A program made the position numbers and the translations under genes. Shown in pieces: positions 18,781 through 27,840 of a stretch of DNA of 64,000 nt (position 1 is the first letter of the stretch; each line of letters opens with the position of its first letter). Origin of the DNA: Rubripirellula sp. Lineage in GTDB: Bacteria > Planctomycetota > Planctomycetia > Pirellulales > Pirellulaceae. The notes beneath the pieces were generated by a model that was not told the DNA's origin, ran no database searches, and saw only the letters and a program-made list of their open reading frames with translations. The stretch covers positions 6,432,001-6,496,000 of the forward strand of contig OZ244207.1 of NCBI GenBank assembly GCA_965216875.1. Direction: 5' to 3'.

Positions 18781-20622
18781 TTAGCCCTCGCCCGCCGCCG
18801 CTTGCGGCATGAGCTCAACCGAACGCTCGTCGGACAAACGCCATGGCAGAATGACCCAGAAGGAACTGCCGCGTCCGAGTTCACTTTCAAAATCGACTTC
18901 GCCGCCAAGTAACTTGGCTAGTTCTTTCACGATCGACAGTCCCAAACCCGTCCCGGCGAACTCGCGCGTGAGTCCCTCACCGTCGAGCACTTTGCGGCTC
19001 TGGCGAAATTTCTGAAACACGATGGCTTGGTCTTCTTCGGCGATTCCAACTCCCGTGTCGGTGACTTGCAGTCGGAAACGACCGTTTCGCTGGTCGGATA
19101 CACCTACCGTGATCATGCCCCCTTCAGGCGTGAACTTGATCGCGTTGCTCAGCAAGTTGTTGACGATCTGTCCAAGTTTGTTGGGGTCTTGGAAGGCTTT
19201 GGGCAAATTGTCGGGAACCTCGACCGACATCGAAATGTTCTTGTCTTCGGAAAGCGAGTGGACCATATCGCATTGAGCCGACACTAACCGCGACAACTCG
19301 AATTCGCTGCGTCGAACTTCCATCTTGCCGGCTTCGACCTTCGCCAAGTCAAGGATGTCGTTGATCATTTCCAATAACAGGCGTCCGCTCTTTTGGATGT
19401 TCGATGCGTAACGACGCTGTTTCTCAGTGAGCGAATCGATGCCTTGAAGCACTTCCGAGAACCCGATGATGCTGTTCAGTGGCGTGCGCAGTTCATGACT
19501 CATGTTGGCCAAGAAGTCATTCTTCAACCGGTTGGCTTCATAGAGCTGCAAGTTCAAGTGGCCAAGCTGGTCGACGCGCGCTTCAAGTTCGTTGTTGACT
19601 TCTTGGATCTGATCTTGGGTTTCGGTCAGGTGGCGGAGCATCCGGTTGAACGCATCGGCGAGCTCTCGGAACTCGTCTTCGGTGTCGAGTGTTGCACGAA
19701 GATTCGTGTCGCCGTGAGTAATCGCGTCACTCACATCGCGCAAGTGATACAGAGGATGGAGGACCAAGTAACGCACGATCGCGTGCAAGACATAAAGCGT
19801 GACGGCAACGATCAGCATCCCGAGCGAAACCACGATGGCCGTGATTCGAGAGGTGTTCTGCTCGGTTTGTTCGGCCGGAATCGTGACGCGGATCACGCGA
19901 AACGGATATTGGTTGGCTAGCTTTGCGGGGTCATCTTCCGGAGAGGTTGAGATGGTTGCCCCCTGCAACGCGTGGCAGCTCATGCACGTCGGTTTGGGAA
20001 AAATCGGCGTATAGAAGATGTATTTTCCGTCGATCGGGCCAATGCTCTTCGAGACCGGCGCGATCTGTGCGGGACCGATTTGGCTCATTGGTTCGTTTTC
20101 GGCCAAATCCAATCCGCTGGTAAAGTCGGGCTCCTCTTCAGCAATCTCATCTCGCAACCGACGCCGAAAGTCTCTTTCCAACTGCTCAAGAATCATCAGT
20201 TCATCGGGATCCTCGGGCGGATCAATCGACGGCAGGTTTTCGTATTGCACGTCTTCCTTGATGCCCATCACCTTGTAGCTGATTTCTTCATTCAGCAACG
20301 CGGTTCGCAGTCCGGCGAGAACGTTTCGGTTCTCTGTCTTCTCGGTGTCTTCACCAACGTCCTCGGACCAGACAGCGTCTTCGTGCAGACGCAACACTTC
20401 GGCAAACGAGAAGTCGCGAGCTCGGTTCCAGGTCGTGTGCATGACCAAGCTTTGGCCCACCGTTTGGACGACGAAGAAGGCGCCAAACATGAGGACCAAT
20501 AGCGCAGAGCCGAAAAACAGGAGGCATTTACGCTCCAGGCTCATCGAGGCGATCAGGCTTTGCAGAAACCGGAACATGGCTCCAATGGGGGGTGTTCGCT
20601 TTGCGGTTTGATGCTCCGGCAT
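18781..20622 (-). CDS. sensor histidine kinase (2 TM, periplasmic CxxCH domain, HAMP, HisKA, HATPase)
   Basis: FLANMSHELRTPL, NLLSNAIKFT, DTGVGI, GTGLGL; HAMP DEFRELADAFNRM; periplasmic CMSCH. Confidence 0.95.
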   Translation of the reverse strand: MPEHQTAKRTPPIGAMFRFLQSLIASMSLERKCLLFFGSALLVLMFGAFFVVQTVGQSLVMHTTWNRARDFSFAEVLRLHEDAVWSEDVGEDTEKTENRNVLAGLRTALLNEEISYKVMGIKEDVQYENLPSIDPPEDPDELMILEQLERDFRRRLRDEIAEEEPDFTSGLDLAENEPMSQIGPAQIAPVSKSIGPIDGKYIFYTPIFPKPTCMSCHALQGATISTSPEDDPAKLANQYPFRVIRVTIPAEQTEQNTSRITAIVVSLGMLIVAVTLYVLHAIVRYLVLHPLYHLRDVSDAITHGDTNLRATLDTEDEFRELADAFNRMLRHLTETQDQIQEVNNELEARVDQLGHLNLQLYEANRLKNDFLANMSHELRTPLNSIIGFSEVLQGIDSLTEKQRRYASNIQKSGRLLLEMINDILDLAKVEAGKMEVRRSEFELSRLVSAQCDMVHSLSEDKNISMSVEVPDNLPKAFQDPNKLGQIVNNLLSNAIKFTPEGGMITVGVSDQRNGRFRLQVTDTGVGIAEEDQAIVFQKFRQSRKVLDGEGLTREFAGTGLGLSIVKELAKLLGGEVDFESELGRGSSFWVILPWRLSDERSVELMPQAAAGEG

Positions 20623-20923
20623 GCCGGCAAAACGCAGTGTGACGTATTCGTCTCCACAGGTGGACCCGAGTTTTCGGCAAAATCAGCAGCCTCGAGGCAG
20701 AACGCCTAAGCTAGCTATTTTTCGCTGCTTGCCCGCCGTTTTGCCCACAACTAGCATAAAGGCCAAATACACGCCCGGTGTCTGGACGGAAATCGAGTCT
20801 CTTGGTTCCAAACCAAGCTCAATTTGCGTTGACGCCAACGAAGCCTTCAATGTTGATGAGCCTCGTCCGAGGCTTTGAAACTTACAAGCGATCCACCGTT
20901 CCGTTGTGGAGGAGTCGAAAATC

Positions 20924-22741
20924 ATGAAGCGTAAGGTCCGACGTGTCTGCCACTTGGCCCTGGTTGCCAGCTTGGTGACCTTGATGGGCAGCAGTCCTGT
21001 TTCGGCAGGTTGGTTCTTGAACAAGATTCAATGCCGATCGAGTTGTGCACCGGCTTGTCCGCCTCCGTGCGCACCCGCTTGTCCACCGGTTGAATGTTGC
21101 CCTGCACCGGTTGAGTGCTGCCCACTTCCAGCACCGTGTGACCCATGTGGTGTCGTGGTTGAAGGCGAAGTCGTTGAGCATCACGGTGAATCGGTTGTGG
21201 AAACATCCGAAGCGCCCGTTGAACCAATGCCCGTCGAACCAACTCCGGTTGAGCCTGAGCCCGCTTCCGAATCGGACGTGACCGAAGCGCCAGCGGAACC
21301 TGAACCAGAAACGGTCGAAGAGCCAGCGACGGAAGCAGCGGAAGCTCCTGCCGAAGAAGCTGCCGCAACCGAAGAGGCTGCAGATCCGGCACCTGCCGAA
21401 GAACCAGCGACAGAGGAACCTGCTGTCGAAGCTCCTGCAGAGCCAGCTGAAGAAGCGGCCGCCGACATGCCGGCACCAGCAGAGCCTGCTGCCGATCCAC
21501 CTGCAAATACCGAGGCAGCCGAGGCTCCCGCCGAAGATCCTTTTGCAGCGCCGCCTGCGGAACCTGCCGTCGAAGCACCTGCAGAACCTGCAGTGGAAGC
21601 ACCTGCCGAAGATCCAGCTCCGGTTGAGCAACCTGCTCCATCGGATCCATTCGGCGGCGCAGCCGACCCCTTCGCACCCGCAGCTGATGCTCCAGCGGAA
21701 GCAGCGGATCCAGCACCTGCGGCAGCCGACCCGTTCGCTCCCGCAGCCGATGCTGATCCTGCTCCAGCAACCGAAGCACCTGCAGAAAACGTTGATGACA
21801 TCTTTGGTGCCCCCGCCGATGCGGCACCAGCTGATCCTGCACCCGCAGCAGACGCTCCTGCTGAGCCAAGTTTGGACGACATCTTTGGTGGTACCGAAGC
21901 TGCCGCGGAACCAGCTGCCGACGCAGCCGCCGAAGCTCCAGCTGCCGAAGCAGCACCTGCTGCTGATTCGATCGACGACATCTTCGGAAGTGACGCTGCA
22001 GCCGATCCGGCTCCAGCCGAACCGTCGGTCGACGACATCTTTGGTGGGGCTGAAGAAGCTGCTCCCGCTGAAGCCGCAGACGCACCGGCCGCTGATTCGG
22101 TTGACGATATCTTCGGCGGTGGCGAAGCGGCTGCACCCGCCGAAGAGCCATCGGTAGACGACATCTTCGGCGCACCTGCAGAAGAGGCTGCACCTGCCGA
22201 CGAACCGTCGGTCGACGATATCTTTGGCGCCCCAGCCGAAGAAGCAGCTCCAGCCGAGGAAGCGGCACCTGCTGAAGAAACCAGCGAAGACATCGACGCG
22301 TTATTCGGAGCTCCAGCGGAGCAACCCTCCGACGAAGCAGGCGACGCGATTGATGCGTTGTTCGGTTCGGCTGAAGAGGAAATCGATGAAGCGACCGCAA
22401 CCGCAATCGACGACCTTTTCGGTGCCAAGGAAGTGAACGAGGAAGAGGCTCAAGAGCTTCCTGCTCCCGCCAAGGCAGGGATTCAAGTCGTTTCCACTGA
22501 TGTCCAAACCGTTCGCACTTTCGCAGATACGAAGCTCCGAACATGGATCGACAACACTGGCGAGTACAGCACCGACGGACGATTGATCGAAATCAATCAA
22601 GACAACGTGCGACTGCTCAAGACCAACGGTCGCACCTGCACCGTTCCTCACTCGCGTATGTGTCCTGCAGACGCCGCATACGTCGATTCGGTCCGCGAGC
22701 AACTTGAAGACGCGCGACTCGCCTTGCTTAGCAGCAAGTAG
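20924..22741 (+). CDS. secreted Pro/Ala/Glu/Asp-rich protein with C-terminal SHD1 (SLA1 homology domain 1)-like domain
   Basis: GGAGGAG RBS before ATG 20924; signal peptide; C-terminal RTWIDNTGEYSTDGRL...VRLLKTNGRTCTVP...CPADAAYV matches the SHD1 pattern. Confidence 0.85.
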   Translation: MKRKVRRVCHLALVASLVTLMGSSPVSAGWFLNKIQCRSSCAPACPPPCAPACPPVECCPAPVECCPLPAPCDPCGVVVEGEVVEHHGESVVETSEAPVEPMPVEPTPVEPEPASESDVTEAPAEPEPETVEEPATEAAEAPAEEAAATEEAADPAPAEEPATEEPAVEAPAEPAEEAAADMPAPAEPAADPPANTEAAEAPAEDPFAAPPAEPAVEAPAEPAVEAPAEDPAPVEQPAPSDPFGGAADPFAPAADAPAEAADPAPAAADPFAPAADADPAPATEAPAENVDDIFGAPADAAPADPAPAADAPAEPSLDDIFGGTEAAAEPAADAAAEAPAAEAAPAADSIDDIFGSDAAADPAPAEPSVDDIFGGAEEAAPAEAADAPAADSVDDIFGGGEAAAPAEEPSVDDIFGAPAEEAAPADEPSVDDIFGAPAEEAAPAEEAAPAEETSEDIDALFGAPAEQPSDEAGDAIDALFGSAEEEIDEATATAIDDLFGAKEVNEEEAQELPAPAKAGIQVVSTDVQTVRTFADTKLRTWIDNTGEYSTDGRLIEINQDNVRLLKTNGRTCTVPHSRMCPADAAYVDSVREQLEDARLALLSSK

Positions 22742-22760
22742 TCGCCGTCGAGCGAATCCG

Positions 22761-22803
22761 CAAAAGCCAGTGTCAGCCTCACGTTGCTGACGCTGGCTTT
22801 TTT
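22761..22803 (+). terminator. intrinsic terminator (possibly bidirectional)
   Basis: aaaagccagtgtcagc-ctcacgtt-gctgacgctggctttttt hairpin with T-tract after the SHD1 gene. Confidence 0.8.
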
Positions 22804-22912
22804 CGTTTGGAATCACGCAACGAATCAACCGAATCTGAAACGGGAATGGCCAAGAACTTGTCCTTGCATCAGAATGAAGTGACTGTCTTTTCTCGAACGA
22901 GGGCCCTGCTCG

Positions 22913-23452
22913 ATGAGCAACCGTGCTGTCCGCTTGATGCACTACGATCCGCGATGGCGCCAGGAGTTTGAACAAACGCGAAGCAGCATTCTGCAATCTT
23001 GCCAAGGATGGGTGGTTGCTGTCGAGCACGTTGGTAGCACATCGATTGACGGACTTGTCGCCCGCCCCACGATCGACATGCTTGCCGGAGTGACCTCCAC
23101 CCAAGCGCGCGACGCAGCGGCCGAGTTGATCGAGGGTCTCAATTTTGGCTACACCGACTCGGTCGAATGGGCACCAGAAGCGGTCGTGATGCAAAAGCCG
23201 CGGCGGACGACTTCGGGCGAACCCAATCCAACGCACCGGCTTTTTTTGATGCCCCAGGGAGGCCAATCTTGGGACCGAGCCCTGCGCGTTCGAGATTGGC
23301 TGCGTCAACATCGAGAAGATGCCATTCGGTTTGAAGAGGCTAAAGTTCAACGCTGGAAAAGTGGCGAAGGCGAACTGGAACGCTATTTGTCCGACAAGGC
23401 GATTTTCTTTTCGCATCTCGAAGATCAAATCGAAGCGGCGGACTTGGACTGA
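22913..23452 (+). CDS. GrpB/UPF0157 family protein
   Basis: YDPRW, VEHVGSTSIDGLVARPTID, RDWLR, Y...K motif. Confidence 0.9.
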   Translation: MSNRAVRLMHYDPRWRQEFEQTRSSILQSCQGWVVAVEHVGSTSIDGLVARPTIDMLAGVTSTQARDAAAELIEGLNFGYTDSVEWAPEAVVMQKPRRTTSGEPNPTHRLFLMPQGGQSWDRALRVRDWLRQHREDAIRFEEAKVQRWKSGEGELERYLSDKAIFFSHLEDQIEAADLD

Positions 23453-23565
23453 TTGTCGCTAAGCTCCATTGACGGGGCGGCGTCCGGTTGGGTGGCGGCT
23501 ATAATACGCCCAGTCCAAGTTCATCTGACTTGTCCTCTCGGTCCATCTTTTCCCGAACCGTTTCC

Positions 23566-25197
23566 ATGCCGCGCAGCCGTCTCGGTCCCCTGGCGATTGA
23601 ATCCAAGCTTGGCGACCATCCGTCGCAAAGTTCGGTTTGGCGCGCAATTCACGTGCAGTTGAAACGGAGCGTTGCGATCAAGCTGTTCTCGGTGCCTTTT
23701 GGGGCCACGCCCGAGGCCCGTGCAAAGCTCGCTCGCGAATGGGAAGAACTGAAGAAACTCGATCACCCCGTGATCGCCAAATGCTATGGCGGTGGCTTCG
23801 AAGAAAGCGATGCCTATCTCGCCTATGAGTTGATCGAAGGCGAAACGCTTTCCAGCCAGATTGAGCGGCGCACAAGGTTGCCTTGGGAAACCGTCCTTGA
23901 TTTCGCCGAGCCTGTCATCGATGCGCTCGATTACTTGCACGGTCGACAATTGATCCATGGTCAACTTGAAGAGGACAAGATTCTCTTTGCTGGACTCAGC
24001 CCGGTTTTGGTTGATATTCGCTACGAACGTGTTGATTCGCCGTTTCAATCGTCGCGAGCCATGACCGCTGAAGAGCTCGCCATGTGCGCGCCCGAACTGA
24101 TCGACCAGCCCAATGCCATCAGTGTTCAATCGGACCTTTATGCCTTTGGTGCAATTCTCTACAAGGCAATCACGGGACGCTTGCCGATCACAGGCGAATC
24201 GATCGAAGAGGTTTCGCAGAACGCGACGACGCAAGTTCCCGAGTCGGTGGCTTCGATTGTGCTCGATTGCCCCGTTTGGTTTGATCGTTTGATCACCCAG
24301 CTGCTGAGCAAGAACCCGGCAGAGCGACCCCACAGTGCCAAAGCGGTGCAACTCGGTTTGGCCGAAGTGCGACGTCGAGCGATGAGTCGAGCGGGGGTTG
24401 CCGAACATGCTTCGGCCGGATTCAGCCCTTTGAATGTGACCGACCAAAAAGAACGCAACGAAGCGCGCGAGCTGCTAGGCCGTGCGGCTTTGGAAGAAGA
24501 CGAGAAAGTCCCTGATGCGACACCGTGGCATGACCAGCCCTGGATCCTCGTTGGCGGTCTAGCATTGATTCTGGCCGTGCTGATTTACATCGTTTGGCCG
24601 TTGAACGAAGACCAGATGCGCAGCCGCGCCGAGGACCTGCTTGCCCAAGAATCGCGTTCGGCGCTGAATCAAGCCAAGAACCATTACCTGTTGCCGATGA
24701 TCGCTCGTTTCCCAGAAGGCGAGCATTACGAATGGGCACGCCAGCAGGTGGATCACGTTGACATGGTGCAAGCCGAACAGGCACTCAAGGTCAAACTAAA
24801 ACGCAACCTTCCCCTCAAGAACGAAGGTGAGCGGCTTTTTGCCGAGGCGAGCGAATACGAGCGGTTTGGCGACAAAGCGACCGCACTCGATCGCTACCGA
24901 AGCATGGAGACGCTCCTTACCGGTGACGAGGAGTACAGGGTGTACGTCAATTTGGCGCGTCGACAGATCGCGTCGATTGAATACTCGGATTTGGAACAGA
25001 CCGAAGCGGCCGCAATCATTCAAGCCAAACTGGAAGAAGCCGATCGGCTGAGCGACGAGGGGAAAAACGTCGCCGCGAAAAAGATTTGGTATAGCGTCGT
25101 TGATCTCTACGGTGGAAACGACAACGTCGCACCGCTCGTTTCGAGAGCGCAGCAACGACTTGGTGGTGGCGAACAGAATGACACGGTAGGACAGTGA
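23566..25197 (+). CDS. Ser/Thr protein kinase-like membrane protein (probable pseudokinase)
   Basis: ORF 23488..25197. VAIK, APE, SDLYAFG, KNPAERP are present; catalytic loop reads HGQLEEDK. TM helix followed by a helical extracytoplasmic domain. Confidence 0.88.
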   Translation: MPRSRLGPLAIESKLGDHPSQSSVWRAIHVQLKRSVAIKLFSVPFGATPEARAKLAREWEELKKLDHPVIAKCYGGGFEESDAYLAYELIEGETLSSQIERRTRLPWETVLDFAEPVIDALDYLHGRQLIHGQLEEDKILFAGLSPVLVDIRYERVDSPFQSSRAMTAEELAMCAPELIDQPNAISVQSDLYAFGAILYKAITGRLPITGESIEEVSQNATTQVPESVASIVLDCPVWFDRLITQLLSKNPAERPHSAKAVQLGLAEVRRRAMSRAGVAEHASAGFSPLNVTDQKERNEARELLGRAALEEDEKVPDATPWHDQPWILVGGLALILAVLIYIVWPLNEDQMRSRAEDLLAQESRSALNQAKNHYLLPMIARFPEGEHYEWARQQVDHVDMVQAEQALKVKLKRNLPLKNEGERLFAEASEYERFGDKATALDRYRSMETLLTGDEEYRVYVNLARRQIASIEYSDLEQTEAAAIIQAKLEEADRLSDEGKNVAAKKIWYSVVDLYGGNDNVAPLVSRAQQRLGGGEQNDTVGQ

Positions 25198-25523
25198 ACG
25201 AACCCGAACCCAAGAACGAATCACCAATCGATGCCATGATGGCTGCGCCACCTGCAAACATTTCAGAGCAGGCGCCCCCGATCGAGTCAACAGCATCAAC
25301 CGGAACGTCAGCGACGGAACTCATGCAAAGCAAGGCCGCGGTCCTGGCAGTCTTGTTTCTGGTCACGGGATTCTTGGGTCTGCCGCTGCTTTGGATCAAC
25401 AAGAAGTTTAGTTCGACCGAACGTATCGTTTGGGCGATCGTCGTGATCATCTACACGTTCATCTTGATCGGCATCGTTGCCGCCGTCCTGATGTGGACCT
25501 ACCGCCAGATCACCGCGTACTAG
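25194..25523 (+). CDS. small two-TM membrane protein
   Basis: GTGA overlap with the kinase stop; two hydrophobic helices. Confidence 0.8.
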   Translation: MNEPEPKNESPIDAMMAAPPANISEQAPPIESTASTGTSATELMQSKAAVLAVLFLVTGFLGLPLLWINKKFSSTERIVWAIVVIIYTFILIGIVAAVLMWTYRQITAY

Positions 25524-25538
25524 TATCGACGCATGGCC

Positions 25539-25629
25539 GTAGGCCGGATCAAGGAGCGGCAAGCGACGCGGATCCGGCATGATTCTTTGGCTGGAATCTT
25601 CCCGCCTTTCACCTAAAGGCGGGACTTAC
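25539..25629. repeat. GTAG-type REP (family D, GTAGGCCGGATC...GATCCGGCA) plus a degenerate family C copy
   Basis: 25539-25580 matches 51548-51587; cctaaaggcgggact follows. Confidence 0.8.
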
Positions 25630-25717
25630 CTTCACGCGTGCTTGCCAATGAACAAAAGCCGCAGGGCAAGTGTTGCCCCGCGGCTTTCCGCTCTTGCGAA
25701 CTCAGTCGTGCGACGCG

Positions 25718-27634
25718 TTAGGCTTTCACCTCTTTGCGTTTTTTCTTTTTCGGCTTGCCGTTTTCCGTTCGCCGAGTCGTTTCACTTGCACTTTCGAAGG
25801 TCAAGTGAAGACGATTGCTTCCGCTTGGGATGTCGACCCGTCGGGCGTCGGTCGCAACATCGTCGGAGACATCGACCGGTGCAGCGCGGAACACCATTCG
25901 GAAGGCAACAGGAACGTGGTCTGAAATCGTGTCGGGGAAGCTTGGCATGTCGCGATCAAGCCTGACGATCGCCGCATCGTCACCCATGATATCACCCGTT
26001 TTGACGTCCCTGCTGACGATGATGTGATCGATCAACGATCGGTGACGGTCGCCAACAAAGCTGATCGCCGATCGGTCGCCGCTGGTCGCATCATCCTCGG
26101 TCAGGCTAAACAGATCCGGTGAAGACTTGAGTGCACTCAACACGTCGTTGTCTAGCTTCTCGTTGAAGTCGCCTCCGAGAACGATTTGAATGCCTTCTTG
26201 TTCACGGATGTCGTCGATGATTTCGGCCAACATCTCAGCAGCCAACCTTCGGCGAGCCCGACTGGCCGCGTCGCCAAATGCTTTGAGGTGCACGACGATC
26301 ATCAAGAACTTGGCGCTTCGCCCATCATCGTCCTGAACGGAGCATTCGACAAAGAGCGGGAACCTTGGAAATGCGGTCCGTCCTGTCGGGGTCCGCTTGG
26401 AAAGTCGGCGATGATGTCGCTGAACCAAGTCGTCTCGTTTCTTGACGCGCGTCGTCGTGGAGTCGAACAGAACGGCAATGTCCTGCGAACCGCGTGTGTC
26501 GAGCAATTCAAAGTCCGCAGCAAAACCGCGCGTTCGAAGTGCGGGGAGCAGCCGATCAAGTGCACCCTCTTGGACTTCCGTTAATCCGAACACGTCCAAA
26601 CCAAGATTCGCGATCACTTCGGCGACGCCATTGACCCGCGAATTGGAGACGCCGTTATTAAAGTTCTCGATATTCCAAAAGCCAACATCGCAAAACTCTG
26701 AAGAGCCAACGAGTCCGTTGACAACGACTTCGACGTTGGGATCTGCGATTAACCCTTCGGTGTCGAAGAAACCGAATTGCGGGTTCGTGCCTTGTTGTAG
26801 ATCGAGTACGGAATCGATCATTGTGCTTTCACTACGTTCACGTCCGCGTCGGGCCAGTAGATGTGAAACGATTGCCGAGATCAGAATCCCTTCGTTCAGC
26901 GCTTGTCCCCCTTGCTGGTTGACACCAGCATGGTGCAAGGCAACCAATTCCCAATTGTTGTTAAAGACGGGCGAACCGGATGATCCAGGTTCGGTATCGG
27001 TGCGGTAGCGAACGACGCGCGACATCAGGCGTTCGACACGGTTGTCGTGAACCGAGACTTCTTTGGGCCGCGCATCGGGGTGTTGGATGATGTTGACGCG
27101 CTCGTGACGCGTCACCAACGCAGGATTCCTTAGCAACGGGATCACCGGCACATCATCGACTGGTTCACAGGCGACGAGAGTAAAGTCGAGTGTCTCATCA
27201 GTGATGAACAACTGGTCGGGGCGAAAGCTGATTCGTCGAATCGTTGCTTGGTCGTTATCGAAATCGAATTCTGCCGTGCTGCTTGTCGCTGTCGATCGAT
27301 CTTCCAACACGTGGTTGTTAGTCATGATCACATTGGGCGCAACGAGAAACCCGGTGCCGAATCCAGTGCCTCGGCTGGTTTGGATTCGAATCCGACAGAC
27401 TGCGCGAACACGTTCACTTCCGTCGTTTAGAAAACTGACAGGCAGAAAGTCTGGTTCCAAGTGAACCTTTTCGATAAACGATTCCGCTTCGCTGCACTGC
27501 TCCGGATCATCAATTCGGGCGACCTCCATGCCCAACCTTCTGGCCCGGTATGCCACGACGCGTCGAAACGCCGAAGGTGTCAAATCATGATCGTCAAGAA
27601 ACGCTTCTCTTCCTGGACAACGTTGATTCGTCAT
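25718..27634 (-). CDS. trypsin-like serine protease fused to an endonuclease/exonuclease/phosphatase (EEP) domain
   Basis: Protease: GTGFLV, TNNHV (His), LDFTLV (Asp), DTEPGSSGSPV (Ser), ALHH. EEP: FWNIENF, GLTEV, VHLKA, GGDFN, IDHII, SDHVPV. Confidence 0.92.
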   Translation of the reverse strand: MTNQRCPGREAFLDDHDLTPSAFRRVVAYRARRLGMEVARIDDPEQCSEAESFIEKVHLEPDFLPVSFLNDGSERVRAVCRIRIQTSRGTGFGTGFLVAPNVIMTNNHVLEDRSTATSSTAEFDFDNDQATIRRISFRPDQLFITDETLDFTLVACEPVDDVPVIPLLRNPALVTRHERVNIIQHPDARPKEVSVHDNRVERLMSRVVRYRTDTEPGSSGSPVFNNNWELVALHHAGVNQQGGQALNEGILISAIVSHLLARRGRERSESTMIDSVLDLQQGTNPQFGFFDTEGLIADPNVEVVVNGLVGSSEFCDVGFWNIENFNNGVSNSRVNGVAEVIANLGLDVFGLTEVQEGALDRLLPALRTRGFAADFELLDTRGSQDIAVLFDSTTTRVKKRDDLVQRHHRRLSKRTPTGRTAFPRFPLFVECSVQDDDGRSAKFLMIVVHLKAFGDAASRARRRLAAEMLAEIIDDIREQEGIQIVLGGDFNEKLDNDVLSALKSSPDLFSLTEDDATSGDRSAISFVGDRHRSLIDHIIVSRDVKTGDIMGDDAAIVRLDRDMPSFPDTISDHVPVAFRMVFRAAPVDVSDDVATDARRVDIPSGSNRLHLTFESASETTRRTENGKPKKKKRKEVKA

Positions 27635-27840
27635 CGCTCTGTACCCTGAGTTTGAGTTCGAAATGCGCTAGAACATGAACTAAGGGGGCGCGAGTGCCCC
27701 CCGCGAAGCGTTCAGCGTATCCCTGTGCAAGCGGGCCTGCAACGCGATGAACGGATGATCCGCGGCATCGATTCGTTGCGGTAAGCACGAAGGGCGAACT
27801 GCGGCCTTTGGGCAAAGGCCATCAGGGTGAAGTCAATGAA

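Noticed and set aside
20922..22544. Long antisense ORFs (540 aa and 415 aa) over the SHD1 gene
   Set aside because: They are shadows of low-complexity GCN/CCN/GAN codons; the plus strand has an RBS, signal peptide and a domain.
27795..27830. Hammerhead ribozyme (CUGAUG followed by a hairpin on the minus strand)
   Set aside because: The core requires CUGANGA...GAAA; here it is CUGAUGG...CGCAG.
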